Under the pieces are notes generated by a model. That model did not search any database. It was given only the letters and a program-made list of their open reading frames with translations, and was not told where the DNA came from. Position numbers and translations under genes: made by a program. A stretch of 63,967 nucleotides of DNA, counting the filler, from Blastocystis sp. subtype 4 (taxonomy: Eukaryota), in NCBI RefSeq assembly GCF_000743755.1. It is 13 parts of 13 records of this genome, joined end to end, with 100 filler letters (N's around TTAATTAATTAA, not from the genome) between each part and the next. Parts side by side here need not be neighbours in the genome. Positions count along the whole stretch, not along the records: positions 13,211 to 19,724 come from NW_014569026.1; positions 19,825 to 24,050 come from NW_014569025.1; positions 24,151 to 28,357 come from NW_014569024.1; 10 more parts are not named here. One strand, given 5' to 3'. Shown piece after piece: positions 13,211 through 26,525 of the stretch; within the stretch, counting starts at the first letter, position 1; each line of letters begins with the position of its first letter.

Positions 13211-15388
13211 GAGTGAACGATTATTAGCCATGTATGGTCATTGTGTAGAACTCCATGAAGAAGACGATTTCCTTTGCTTTCTCTCCTTCTTCAAGTATCA
13301 ACAGATTGAGACTGTGAGTCCAGTAAGTGATAAGAGAGGAGTGATGATGACCAGCAATTTATGTCAGTACTTCTCTCCAGTAGTCAAGAACTCCTATCAA
13401 ACCATCTGGCTCTGTTCATGCAACTCATCTATCAGTGGGATATTGGAGCTCAGATCTTGGAAGTGGCCTTACAACAGATCGAGAGCTTTTTAAAGGATCC
13501 TTCAATCCTTGATAGTGATGAGAATTGTGTGAATGTGGAAATGAAACGTCGTAAGATCGAGACAAAGAAGAAGAAGCGAAAGACGAAGAAAGAGAGAACA
13601 GAGGAAGAAACTACACAAATACAAATCTCGTTATCTCAGAGTCTTGCTGTTCTTCAGGCTGTTGTTAATGACTCGATCAGTCAGAATGATGTCTACTCAC
13701 CTGAAGTTCTTATTCACATTCAATCCATTCTTGCTCCTACACTTTCTGTTCTACAGAGCTATGTCTTTCCCGCAGAGCTGGTTCATTCATCTAATCCTTC
13801 AAATACACTCCAAATCTTCTATTCTCTCGTTTCTCTTCTTCTGAAGATCGAAACACATCAGGCAGTTTCCACTCTATTGAAATCAGACAAACAAATTGTC
13901 ACTGGAATTAGTGATGAGAACACACAACAGAATGCTTTGATTGGAGCTGTTCCTTCTTCATTGAAGGAGTTACGTTTGATTCTCTCCAATCAGATTCTCA
14001 CAATCAATCGTTTAGGTAGGAATAGGGAACATGAATGAGAAAGAGGTAACTATCAGTTATCATTACTTCATTTGTTGCTGAGTTATGCTTCTAAGTGTGC
14101 CAGTCTGTTGCTCCTTGACTCAGATGTGAGTTCTGAACACTTCTTTGAGTCATAGTTCACAGAGAGTTGTTTCTCTCTGTTACGAAGTGTAGCCACTAGT
14201 CTATTCTCAAGTGATCTTCAAGAGATCCAAGCACGAATCATTGAGCATCGTGTGATGCAAGAGGAAGAATCCTCCTTACAGACAATGCAACAGTTTATGG
14301 TTCATCGAATTCTTCCACTAGCAGGGAAATGGCTTCAAGCAATTCGTACTGTGAGTGTATCTCTATCAGTCTGGGAGAGTGAGATGCTATTGCTTCGATT
14401 GTTACAGAATATTCTGACTGTATTCCCATTGGAAGCTGTCATGGCTATGGAGAATGAATTGGTTCCTCTGTTATGTGCCTATCCCCGAGTACTTCAAGAG
14501 GTGATTGAGAGTGAGATTCGAGAATTACGCTCCAGTATATCAGAATCACATGAAGATTTGCCTAGTGTGATGAGTAAGAATGAATCTCAGAGATCAGAAG
14601 TAGCAATGAAACGATTGTACGTGAGACGATGTGATATGAAACATGATACTCTGCTTCTTCACATATTGTTAACAAATGTTTCTATTCTGAATATTGTGAA
14701 CTTCTTATTGAAATCATGATTCTAGGTTTGTGAGAATCTATCAAGTCGTTTGCGACATTGCGGATCTATACTCGATCTGTTGTGTGTATTGTCAGTCCTG
14801 CTCCTGTGTATCGAAGTACGAGAGCATCACCATTTACGAGTTCCAAAGAGCTGTTATGGGTTCTTAGATGAGTTCCTGAAGGAATGTAGTGATGAGATGA
14901 GAGAATGAGAGATAGACCAAGAGAAATACAAGGAAACATTGTCAGCAGGAGAAGAAGATGAAGCGAGAAAGACGGTTCAATTCATTGTAGATGTGACAAA
15001 CGAGATTCAGAGGAAAGCAAAGCAGATTGGCCAAGAGATTGGAAAGAAGAGGAAGGTTGGAAAGAAGGGGAAGAAGAATACTCAAAAACGACGTGTACCT
15101 GAGAAACTGGATGTGATTGAAGAAGAGGAAGAAGTGGAAGGCAAGGAGAATGAGGAGGAAATGAAAGAAGAGAAGCAAGAATCGAACAATCTCCCTCAAT
15201 CTGTTCCTGAGGAACCTTCAGAGATTCAGTTGGATCAACCACCGGAGTTGGAAAAGTGGAGGAACCTGAGATCCTGGAAATCCCTGAGAAACCTTCAGAT
15301 ATATCCAATCCTCAACCTGAAGAACCGTTGAAGATATCTGAAGATCAAAAAGACTCAGACTCAGATTCCTTCTTTGACGAACCTGAGT
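13211..15388 (+). CDS. Large hypothetical helical protein with charged C-terminus (5'-truncated, spliced; end approximate)
   Basis: Consecutive long + strand ORFs separated by short GT-AG introns; TGTTTGTT follows near 15395. Confidence 0.55.
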
Positions 15389-15467
15389 ATTTGGTTGTTT
15401 GTTAACTGAACAATCACACTCAAATCCAATGAAGGAAGATAGTCCAATACAAGAGGACTTGGGAGAA

Positions 15468-15813
15468 ATGACAATTCGAATCAATAGTATCGTAATTCAA
15501 GTGAAATATAACACATAGAGTAACAAAAAGAGAAGAACAACTGATACAGTAGATGGACAACTGTGGGATATTGGAAATGGGATACAGAAAATGAAGATTG
15601 TCCCATCTGTTTGATGCCAATGGATGGTTGTTGTAGTGCTTGTTCTCTTCCTGGTGATAGTTGTCCTCCAGGTTGGTTCTAGTGTGTAGAAATCATTTTG
15701 TAGTGACTGGAATCTGTGGTCATAGTTGTCATGCTCATTGTATGTCCAAATGGTTACAAACTCAAGAAACATGTCCCAAATGTAGAGCCAAATGGAGTGA
15801 AAAGGTTGTATAA
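15468..15813 (+). CDS. APC11: Anaphase-promoting complex RING-H2 subunit 11
   Basis: Spliced WTTVGYWKWDTENEDCPICLMPMDGCCSACSLPGDSCPP-VTGICGHSCHAHCMSKWL..CPKCRAKW. Confidence 0.88.
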
Positions 15814-15870
15814 TAGAAATGTGTGTTCCAATCAACAAACAACAAGGAAGCGTAGTTCGCACCCAACCAA

Positions 15871-16385
15871 TTACAGACGCTTACCACGACGACCGTGAGG
15901 CTTACGAGTAGAATCAGTAGGAATAGGAGTCACATCCTCAATTCTACCAATCTTCATTCCAGCACGAGCCAGAGCACGAAGAGCAGCTTGAGCACCAGGA
16001 CCAGGAGAAGTGGTTCCGTTACCTCCAGTAGCTCTCAGCTTAATGTGCATAGCAGTGATGCCCAACTCCTTGCAACGAGCAGCAACATCCTGAGCAGCAA
16101 GCATAGCAGCATAAGGAGAAGACTCATCACGATCAGCCTTCACCTTCATTCCTCCAGTCACACGCACAATAGTCTCACGACCAGACAGATCAGTTACGTG
16201 AATAAAGGTGTCATTGAAAGAAGCATAGATGTGAGTCATCACAAACACCTCCTCTCCCTCACGAACATTCTGAGGACCAAGTTTCACAACTTCCTTTTCT
16301 TGTCTTTCCTTTCTAGGGGCCTACACACCATTAGCTCCTTCTTACAACAACCACTTCATTCACTCAATCAACATCCACATACCAT
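15871..16385 (-). CDS. RPS14: 40S ribosomal protein S14 (uS11)
   Basis: [53 protein letters not shown] followed by an intron. Confidence 0.98.
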
Positions 16386-17036
16386 TGTAATAAGTTAAGT
16401 TTGGGGAGTAATTAAACTGCCGTGAACTACTTTGTGACAAAAGGAAAGGTTGAATGAATCCATATTCAAAACAATCATGCTAGCAGCAAATTAATACAGA
16501 ATGATTCAATTCCTATAGAATTCTTATGTTATTCACGAATCAATCGAATTGATATGATCTTGAATCATCTCATTTCATTCAAAGAGATAAATAAAGGGTA
16601 TTTGAAACCATTCATAACAATCGTATCATTGAAGGATGAAAGAAAGACGAGAAAGAGAGTGATTATCATTTTCTGTAATAGAAATAGTTATTCAATGTAT
16701 TTGTAATCGATTTAAACCTAGAAAAGGAAGATTCACAACAAGTCACAATCTATCAACTAAAACAAGTCAATCATATTATCATTCATTTCTAGTATATTTC
16801 ATACATTCTTATCATCCTTCTTTCACTAGATTCATGATCATATCACCAAACTCATCTAATATCTCATTTATGACTCGTATATCATTCGAATTCACAGAAT
16901 TCTCTTTTCAAACTCACATTCAACAATTCACAGAAATTGGTAGAAATTCTGGAGTAGTCTTAAAACGATCAGTTCTCTTGAACGCTTAGTCGGAGTTTCT
17001 TTCTTTTAGTCCCTTTTTGTTTGAATTGACTAAGCA

Positions 17037-19724
17037 ATGGGTTATCAAGATTATAGTCCTCGTCCGACTGCTCCTCAAGTATTCCCTTCTCAAAACCATT
17101 TAGTTCTTAGACATACCCAAATACTCCTTCTAGAATTCCGGGATCTGTTCCACCGAAGGATAATGAACATTTGAAAGTGAAGGGTGAGTGAGTTTGTTAA
17201 TGCAAAGGAACTGATTCGTCCTCACATTGATTCGTACAACTTTATGCTCGATAAAGGTCTTGCATTGGCTGTTCATGATCTTCCACCAATGGAAGTGAGT
17301 AGTGTGGTTCAAATGGTAATATCAAGGTGTCAGCAGGTGAGAACGGTCCTACACTCCGTTTCTGGATTCAAGATGTAAAGATTGGATATCCCATTAAGGA
17401 AGATGACTCAATGGATACACGTTTGTTGCCTCATGAATGCCGAGAGCGTGGGATCTCCTATACAGCTCCAATGACAGCTTATTTGGCTCATCAAGTGAAT
17501 GATGGTGAGGTGGTCGTAACAGAACGTCGTTTGGGTCAACTTCCAATCATGGTTGGATCAAATCGATGTCATCTAAGTCGAATGACACCAGAAGAGCGTG
17601 TTCGTTGTGGTGAAGAGGTTTATGAGTTGGGTGGATATTTCATCTGCAATGGTTTGGAGCGTCTGATTCGTTTCCTTCAAGTACCACGTCGTCATGTCAT
17701 TATGGCAATTGATCGTTCTTCCTTCCAGAAACGAGGTCCTGCCTACACAACATTGGGTTGTCAACTCAAATGTGTGCGAGAGGATCAATCCTCAGTAACA
17801 CTGACTCTTCATTATCTCCGTGATGGTCGTTGTAACTTGCGTTGGTCAATCAAGAAGCAAGAGTTTCTGGTACCTGTGGTATTGATCTTGAAGGCTCTGA
17901 AGAATGCTTCAGATCGTGAGATCTATGAACAGTTGGTGCGTGGTGATCACAACAATACCTTCCTAAGTGATCGATTAGAGATACTGTTGAAGGAAAGCAA
18001 GGCGACACATTTGTAAGAGTGAGGAAGGAGTATGAGAATCTAGAGCCACACGAGAAGAGTGTTTGGCTTATTTGGGAGCTCGCTTTCGAATCATGTTAGA
18101 CATCCCTGATCGTTTGAGTGACGTGGAAGCAGGAAAGGTGTTGTTAGATCGATACATTCTTGTGCATCTCAAGACAAATGAAGAGAAGTTCGTCTTATTG
18201 ATTGAGATGATCAGTAAACTATATCGTTTAGCCAACGATGAGATTGCTCCCGATAACCCAGACAGTCTCATGTCTCATGTACCATATCGAGGATTCTCAT
18301 CATTTGTAGGAGATTCTGTTAGGTGGACATTTTATGACATTCTTCTTAAAAGAGAAGCTTCTTGAGTATTTGTTAGGTATTCGTGGTTCAATCCTACGTG
18401 ATCTTCGTCAAGATCCCAGTAAAGTGGATCTGTTTGATACGAACTATCTGAAGAAGGCGATGGATAGACAAGCTGATATTGGTAAGAAAGTGTACTACTT
18501 CCTGGCCACTGGCAATGTCATCAGTTCAACTGGTCTGGATCTTATGCAAGTCGCTGGTTATACGATTGTAGCAGAGAAATTGAATCACTGGCGTTATTTG
18601 TCACATTTCCGCTCTGTTCATCGAGGTCAGTTCTTCACCGAAATGAAGACAACAGCACCTCGTAAGTTATTACCAGAATCGTGGGGATTCCTCTGTTGTG
18701 TACACACACCAGATGGTGCTCCTTGTGGTCTGTTGAATCATCTTTGTGCTGGTGCTAAGATCACAACAGATGCAGTATCTGCTCCTCAGTTACGATCCGT
18801 TTGTCTGAGTCTAGGTATGGTGCCTGTGATGGCCAGCAATGGATCAGTTCCTATTGTCTATAGTACACAGTATCTCCCTGTCTTCTTCAATGGTTGTCTC
18901 ATTGGTCGTATCTCCACAGATCAAGCTACTTCCTTTTGTGATCAACTTCGTGTTCTCAAATTGACTACGCTTCAAATCCCTTCATGCATGGAAATCGTGT
19001 TCATTCATCCTGAAGCTCAAGCAGGAGGTCCCTGTCCAGCAATCTATCTGAGTACGGATGCAGCTCGACTCCAACGAGAAGTCCGTCATTTGGGAACAGG
19101 GAAGATTGAGTCAATTGGAGCGATGGAACAAGTGTATTTAGAGATTGCGTGTGTGGAAGAAGACATTCGGAAAGGTGAATCAACTCACATTGAATGTTCT
19201 CCAGCAAATATGTTATCACTCATTGCTTCATTAACTCCTTTCTCAGATTTCAATCAATCTCCACGTAATATGTACCAATGTCAAGTATTCATGATTCTCA
19301 ATCTCTTAGAATTAGATGGGTAAACAGACGATGGGAACTCCTGGTCTTTCATGGGTTCATCGAACAGATAACAAATCATATCGACTTCAGACCCCACAAG
19401 CTCCCATTGTTCACAATCAGTTATATCGTGATTATGAGTTCGATACGTATCCTCAAGGCATGAATAGTGTGGTGGCTGTGATTAGTTACACTGGGTAAGG
19501 GGAGATCATGAAGAATCACAGATAGATATGATTTGGAGGATGCCATGATCCTTAACAAGTCATCCTTCGAACGAGGATTCGCTCATGCAAGTGTGTATAA
19601 GACTGAATGTGTGGAATTGGTTGATGAACGAAACAAGGCTACTCGTAGTCGAATCTTCCATCGACCTGCTAAAGAAGAAATTGCAACAAAAGTAAGTGAT
19701 GAGAGAACGAATGATTGGAAGGAT
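17037..19724 (+). CDS. RPA2: RNA polymerase I second-largest subunit (3'-truncated)
   Basis: [79 protein letters not shown]. Confidence 0.96.
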
Positions 19725-20474
19725 NNNNNNNNNNNNNNNNNNNNNNNNNNNNNNNNNNNNNNNNNNNNTTAATTAATTAANNNNNNNNNNNNNNNNNNNN
19801 NNNNNNNNNNNNNNNNNNNNNNNNACTGAGTGAATTGATTAGAATCAAACCATTTGTCTTGTTTGAAGCATCACTCACTCTCACCTCACATTCCTCTTCA
19901 CCTGATACTCTTGTGAACATAATACTGATGGAATTGGATCCACATATTATTGAGTCTCTTGGAGAATCACCAATTGTCCTTGCATTGATTGCAACTGCCA
20001 ACACCAAACATAATAGTAACTTGCTTTCAGAATATGGTAGCATTTGGAGAAAAAACTACTTGTTGGAGCTAATGAATTCATAATTCACCTCTATGATATA
20101 GATCAGAGCACCATTATTACTAAACATTTCGTAAATCCAACTTACTTAAGACAAGAATATTGACTTTCAGCTCTAATGGATGTTAGTGAGTGCGCAATAG
20201 GTTCAAAACAAAGGAAATAAGATAACCATCTTTCATAAAGAGTGTTCCGTGTCATCATATTGATTTATACTGATTTCCAGTCATATAAGGTGTAAGGCCT
20301 GCTGGTAATGGTGAAAACGAATCTAAACCATCTATAGGTTTTGCTTCTTTTTGCATTAACTAGCAACACAGGTCACTGCTTAAACAGTGATTAACTAAAG
20401 CAGTAATCGCATTCACATAAGTATTGATATAACATGTCACTAGTTCTTCCAAAACGAAGATTGAAGAGAATAAC

Positions 20475-20807
20475 TCATACCATCGCTGAACAGTTCTTAC
20501 AAAAGTACAAGAATACTTTCAAAGTGTGTTTCTGTTCTAAATGGTATAGAAAAGATTTGCATCTCAACAATCTCTGCTGGTGTAATGGACACAACTGAGT
20601 ATGATTTAGAAGATATGACCTAGAATCATCATATATGCTAACAGATATCTGCTGTTCTTTGTTGATAACCTTAGCAAACTCAGTTACAAACAACCATTCA
20701 AACTGATAGAAGTGATTAAGATGTGGGATAAAGAAGATAAGGATGTTTGAAATCCATAATAATTCACTTTGGTAGGACAGGACAGTTGTTAACAAGGTGT
20801 CTAACAA
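20475..20807 (-). CDS. Small intronless Cys/His-containing ORF next to the viral-type helicase
   Basis: Open frame with CPLH..C..CKNC; no recognisable family. Confidence 0.3.
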   Translation of the reverse strand: MLDTLLTTVLSYQSELLWISNILIFFIPHLNHFYQFEWLFVTEFAKVINKEQQISVSIYDDSRSYLLNHTQLCPLHQQRLLRCKSFLYHLEQKHTLKVFLYFCKNCSAMV

Positions 20808-20999
20808 CTACAAATAATGGAGCGTAACTCAAAGTGAAATAATCAAGTAATCAAAGGTTATTCTCCGTGCTTAAACTGCTTGAATCAATCTGTCCAATTA
20901 TCATTCTTCTGGATATCATCAGACTCACAGTAGTCAACTCTCTCATCTTCAGGAATTCGGTACTTCCCTCTATCAGTACATTCACATTCGATAGATCAG

Positions 21000-22576
21000 T
21001 TATCTTCTCTCCGTGATCTTCTTGAACAAGGAGTTCGCAAACAATCCAATCATATCTTTAACAATCTTTTGGGATGATAGTTTAATACCATCATCTCCCA
21101 AGTGCATTTTCAATATCTCTACAATCTCTGAAGGAGTATATCGTTCAAAGAGTCTCTCATGATAGATCACATCAACAGTTGGAGGCAGATTAGTTCCCTG
21201 CATACTCATTTGGAAGGCGTCATGATGTCCTTGATAGTCGAATGATGGATCATACCATTCACAAGCCTTATAATCGCAACTTGAATAGAATGCTGGATCT
21301 TTACTCCACTTCTGCATCAACCATTTTGCATTTGAATTCTTCAGAGGAACATTAATCAAATTGTAGAATACTCCTCTTCTCTCATCAGTCTCCCATTCAA
21401 GTGGTATTTCCTGTGTTGAATTGCCAAAGAAGAACACAGTCCTCTTATTTGTCACAGTTCCTTTCAGACCATATTTGTGATTCACAACAACCTTACTAGC
21501 AGTCACCAATTCCTTTATCTTATTCACAGTATCAATTGATCTTTCATGATATTCATTCACCATTACAACACTTTTGTCTGCATCTTCATTGAAAATGCCA
21601 ACAAGTCCTTCAATTGTTGTTTTGGTTATTTCACTATGATCATACCATCTTGAGATAATGTCAAACAACACATCCTTTCCAAATCCTTGAATAGATACAA
21701 TACAAGGACACAACTCAATAAGAGTTCCTGCTTTTACAGCAAGAATACCAATGATGTTCTTCAATGGTTGAATCCACTTCATACACTGTTCTTGTGAATA
21801 CGAACTATCAGGATCCAATACGACTTCTAATCCAAATGTGTTCACAAACTCTTCAAAATCCTTTTCCAATCTCTTCTTTATACTCTCTTTTCATGATATC
21901 AGGTCGAATACCAAAGAAGAGATTGTAGTACTTATCACCACTTGGTTCAGTATACAACCACTTCCTTGGTATTCGACCTGATATCATCCTTTCTAGAAGC
22001 GAATTGAATGCTCTTGAACAGATACTCACAACTGGCATGAGCCAGTATTCCCTTGAATTCCTATGGTGAATAGATGTTCTCATTACAATCTTGGCAATAT
22101 CAATATCATAGACACAATATCGATTCAGATATTCAATCTGTCTATCAGTTCGATCTCCTTGTTTGAGACTTTGTAATATACTGATTTTGATAATCAAATA
22201 ATGATATGTGAGATGGACTGAGTTGTAAACAGATACAATGACTATTTCATGATTCTAGTAGATAAAACGGTTAATGAATCCACCAAGTATGTTTCATAAT
22301 GATGATTTGTTGCTGAACCTGTGATCAGATGAGTGGATATGAGTTATCATTCAATAATCCAGAAATGAATCTGATGAAGAACGAATTTGGAGAAAAACAA
22401 AGATATGTTGAGCCAGAACACATTGTAAGTGTTTGTACAAGAGAATGAGTATAATATTGATTGTTCTCAATAAGACTATCCGTTGTATAACATGTATTAA
22501 CAATGAGATATCCTTTCATTATCTTTCTTATCATATCCTGTTCATGTTTCTTACAAGCTTCATTCATTATCATCAA
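21000..22576 (-). pseudogene. Degenerate superfamily-3 (D5/NrS-1/DUF5906-type) primase-helicase of DNA-virus or mobile-element type
   Basis: YYNLFFG, Walker A IQGFGKD, GIFN, Walker B VVMVNE, VNHKYG, motif C FFFGNS, DERR; intronless; frameshift near 21860 and in-frame stop near 22257. Confidence 0.75.
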
Positions 22577-22714
22577 TCAACAGGAGAAGATAAAAGACAG
22601 AAGACAACTGAAGAAGGAAGTGTTCTTCATTCATGAGTGATGATTGAATGCTGTTAATGTATTCGTGCTGAAATGTGTTTTGAATGTGATGCTTTATATC
22701 ATGAATGGATTGTA

Positions 22715-23313
22715 TTAGAACATAGAACTGTTAATCAAAGTAGTCTCTATATAACTATCAATAATCAAGAATCTTTCATTTCGCTTCAACAACCTGTAAA
22801 TGCCATATCCTACAGCTCCACCAACTGCAACTGGAGCAGTAACAGCAGCAGCTAATAGGCCGGTTCCTACACCAGATGTCCATGCAGCACTCATAGCAGA
22901 ACCAACAATTCCAGAACCGAAACCAAACAAAGCAGCTGCAGCACTTGTTGCACCTATTGCACTAGTAGGCATTCCAACTCCAACACCAGCAGCTACTCCA
23001 GCAGCCTTCTTAGAGAAAAAGGAAACTCTTCTTTCACTCGTATTCCATTCTTATACTCTCCTTGACAACCCACAGAACCATTCTTATCATACTCAGAGAA
23101 AGGCCCATCCAAAACATCATCCTTCAATGTACATTCCAAGATATGACCATTATAATAATAACAAGCACATTGTCCATTCAACTTATCATTTTGATAAGTC
23201 AAAATGCAAACAGGCTTATCTTTATCCATGGACTTCATTTCAGCCTTTCCCTCTTTCTTTCCATCAACACATGCTACAGTAAGGTAATAGAATTCGTCAT
23301 TCTTCTTATACAT
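22715..23313 (-). pseudogene. MORN-variant repeat protein with Gly/Ala-rich hydrophobic C-terminus (frameshift near 23015)
   Basis: YQNDKLNGQCACYYYNG, KDDVLDGPFSEYDKNG, GEYKNG repeats, then AAGVAAGVGVG..GGAVGYGIYRLLKR in the next frame. Confidence 0.55.
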
Positions 23314-24235
23314 ATCTCCTTTCTTATCAGAAACAATGTATTCAAATCCATGAAGCGGATGATCTGGATTGAGTCAAGGATCTGAGCTCATAATGCTGAA
23401 CAATGTATTAATATTAGTATTGAATGATTTCATTACATACTGAACTCCTTATCAAATTATCTCGTATTTCGGGTATTCCAGTAATTGAGTCATATTATTG
23501 CAATTCCAGAAATCAGAGAATCATATCCAAGTGCAATTCAATCCAATTTGGCTCTCCAATACTCTTACAGATAAATGGAATGCCACAAACAATTGAATTG
23601 TTTTGCTACTTCACAATAAGAGATATAACACAGAATTGTTATTTGTTGATGTGATTTCAATGAGTAGAATTATCATGAGGCATTTACCATTACTATTGAT
23701 TACCAAGGAATGACGAATATTCTGAAAATGGCCAACACCAGACACTTGGCCAAACCACTTTGATCATCATCCCATTAACATAGTTTGTAATCAGAATCAA
23801 GTAGTAATAGTATGGGATCATCATGAACTTGATAAGAATAGTGAATGATTAGGTAATGGGAGATTGATTAATTGATTCCCGTGAATCAGTTAAAGGTAAC
23901 AGTGAATGGAAATACAGTTATATTCATATCGAATAAGATTAATGAGTGATAATAAGAGAGTCAAAGTAGATAATGTTGAATCAATATCAAAGAAGATGAA
24001 TGGAGTAGAATGGAGAATGAAGTGGAAAGAGTACTTGAAAGAGAGTGTATNNNNNNNNNNNNNNNNNNNNNNNNNNNNNNNNNNNNNNNNNNNNTTAATT
24101 AATTAANNNNNNNNNNNNNNNNNNNNNNNNNNNNNNNNNNNNNNNNNNNNCCGTCGAACTCGTATCACTATCTTCAGTGTCAGACATGCTGTTCAAATCT
24201 GAGTTTGAAACTTAGCGAAGATTGGATCTTTGGAA

Positions 24236-24524
24236 ATGCCTAAGGTTCCAAAACAACATATCAAGAAGGCATTTGCGAAAGATCATCGGAATCTCAAGTT
24301 GACGGATGGCGCTGTTACTGCAGTATCCGAAGGAATTCAAAGAATAACCAATAGATCTACTTGGATTATTTGCTATTTTTGAAGCGTTTAAGTCAACGAG
24401 CGGAAGAATTGGCCATAATGAACAGAGAAAAGACTATTGGCTCAGATCATTTTCGTGAGGCTTCCGAAGTAGGTAACAACGCATTTATATTATGTAGTTG
24501 GTTTTGAAGGAATTCACAGCTTGA
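24236..24524 (+). CDS. Histone-fold protein, CENP-W-like (2 introns; absent from the ORF track)
   Basis: Spliced MPKVPKQHIKKAFAKDHRNLKLTDGAVTAIYLDYLLFLKRLSQRAEELAIMNREKTIGSDHFREASELVLKEFTA*. Confidence 0.7.
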
Positions 24525-24605
24525 AATAAGATTGTACTATACTTTTGACTACTATGTGTTTTAATGAAACGTTATTTCAACAAACAGTAATGGTAGGTTC
24601 ATATG

Positions 24606-26292
24606 TCAAATAGGAGCATATTTACCAGAAAAGTATTGGCTAGCTAAGTCCTGTGGACAAATTGGCTGCTTGAAGTCTTTAGCTTGTTGCTTCAAGCGCT
24701 TCAGAACGTCGTAATATAAATCGTTATTGATAATAGTACTGGCTCTTCGGAAAGATTTATTATATTCCAAAGCCCAGTGTGAGCTACAAATTACTTTCAC
24801 CAACCACACCTTACGGCTTGTGTGGTGCATCAAACCCAAATCCACCATTAACAGAATAGAAATAATATCCTATTGATCATATCAAGTCTAGATTAAAACC
24901 CTTATTCCTTAATTCATGGATGTATTGGACCCTATTAAATCCATAGTTTACAAATCGTTTATCATATATAGGCGAACTGTTTGTCCTCCGAATCATAGTA
25001 TATGGTTCCATTCCGTCATAAGGAATACATTTCCACTTCTCTAACGGTTTTTGTGCTTGATACCAAGACTGAGAGACTGTTTTCTAATCATTACTAGTCA
25101 ATAGTATCCCTACATAAGTTTGAAGATGTGCATTCATCACTTGACAATCATTTTGTCTCATACACTTTTCCAACTCCTTCTTTGTACCTGGAAGCCTCTG
25201 CCGCAATTTACCAAAGCACAGATCCGAAGAACAGTTAGAACGTAACCGTTTTGTATACTGAAAAGCAGATATGACATATGCAATCTTATTGTTTTTCTCT
25301 TCTGTGAAGTTGAGACTTCTGAGTTCTTTGTAAAGCTCAACTATATGTTAAGGAACCATATGATGATCACATGATGGAATGAAGTCAATATCTGCAGTTA
25401 CCATATGTGTAGTTTGAATCGATTCAATTGACAAATCCCGGAGATAGTTGATGGGATACAATCGATCTGCTAACTCAATACAAGAAATCTTGAGAGACCC
25501 CTTCAATGGACAGAATACAATGATCTTACTCTCATGTATCTATAGATACAATTATCTTTTGGGGCAACAGCTTGTCGATCATCCACAACATAAAGAATAA
25601 CTGTAAGTTGAGGATAAACAACCTGATTTAAAAAAAGGTTCACTTGATCGAGTTCCGACCACAGAGAGTACAGAGCAAGAGAAATTGGTCTATTTTTCAG
25701 ACACTTTATATACAAATACCCTTTCCATCGATCCATGATCAGTTGTAATCGGTCAATTCTGCGAATCCTAGAAATCAAGGAAAAAGAGATTGACTACGAT
25801 GTATGAATACAATATGTGACATCATAGTTATCCCCACTAATAATCTCCTGGGACTGATAGTCTGAGAAATTACCCGATTTTGAATCCCACAACATCAAAT
25901 AATGTTGTTGACAATAATCAAGATAATGAGGATTTAAAGGACATTTCACAAACCAATTTGGATGATGCTCCAATTCTAACTGAACACTCACAACACGCAC
26001 AAAATCTGGAGTAACTGTAAAATTAATAGAATTATACCGACTGATCTCAAAGCCTTCATGTGACACAACAGAATTACAAAGCACTATCTGTAGGTCGGTT
26101 GACAGGACATGCTTGCCGAATCACTGTAATTATGCTTGCTGCCGCAATGATAACACTAAATGTGATGGTAACCGTTTTGTACTACCCCATACATAGGGTG
26201 ATTCTGAGGCATGATAACATCAAAGAATATTATCAATGAACAATAAATGAACGTAAATTAGACACAACCTCCAATTGTAAAAATAGGGTCAT
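24606..26292 (-). CDS. GT49 (LARGE/B4GAT1-like) glycosyltransferase, multi-intron
   Basis: DVTYCIHTS, RWKG..PISLALY, YPINYLRDLSIESIQTTHMVTADIDFIP, EPY motif, N-terminal TM. Confidence 0.8.
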
Positions 26293-26525
26293 TGTTTACT
26301 CAACACATTATTGTGTTTTTAAGTCAATTCTGTTGTTACAAATAAAGTTAAGCTACATAGACTATTCTCATTGAAAAACAGAGAATAAAACATGTTGTCG
26401 TCGGACAGGCAGCTAGTGTATTGTGTATTGGTCTTCAGACGATTTGTGCATATCACAAAACGATAGGACTAATTTGTTAACTTAACTATTTCTTGTTACT
26501 GAGTTTGGGTTCAGTTTATTATTGA

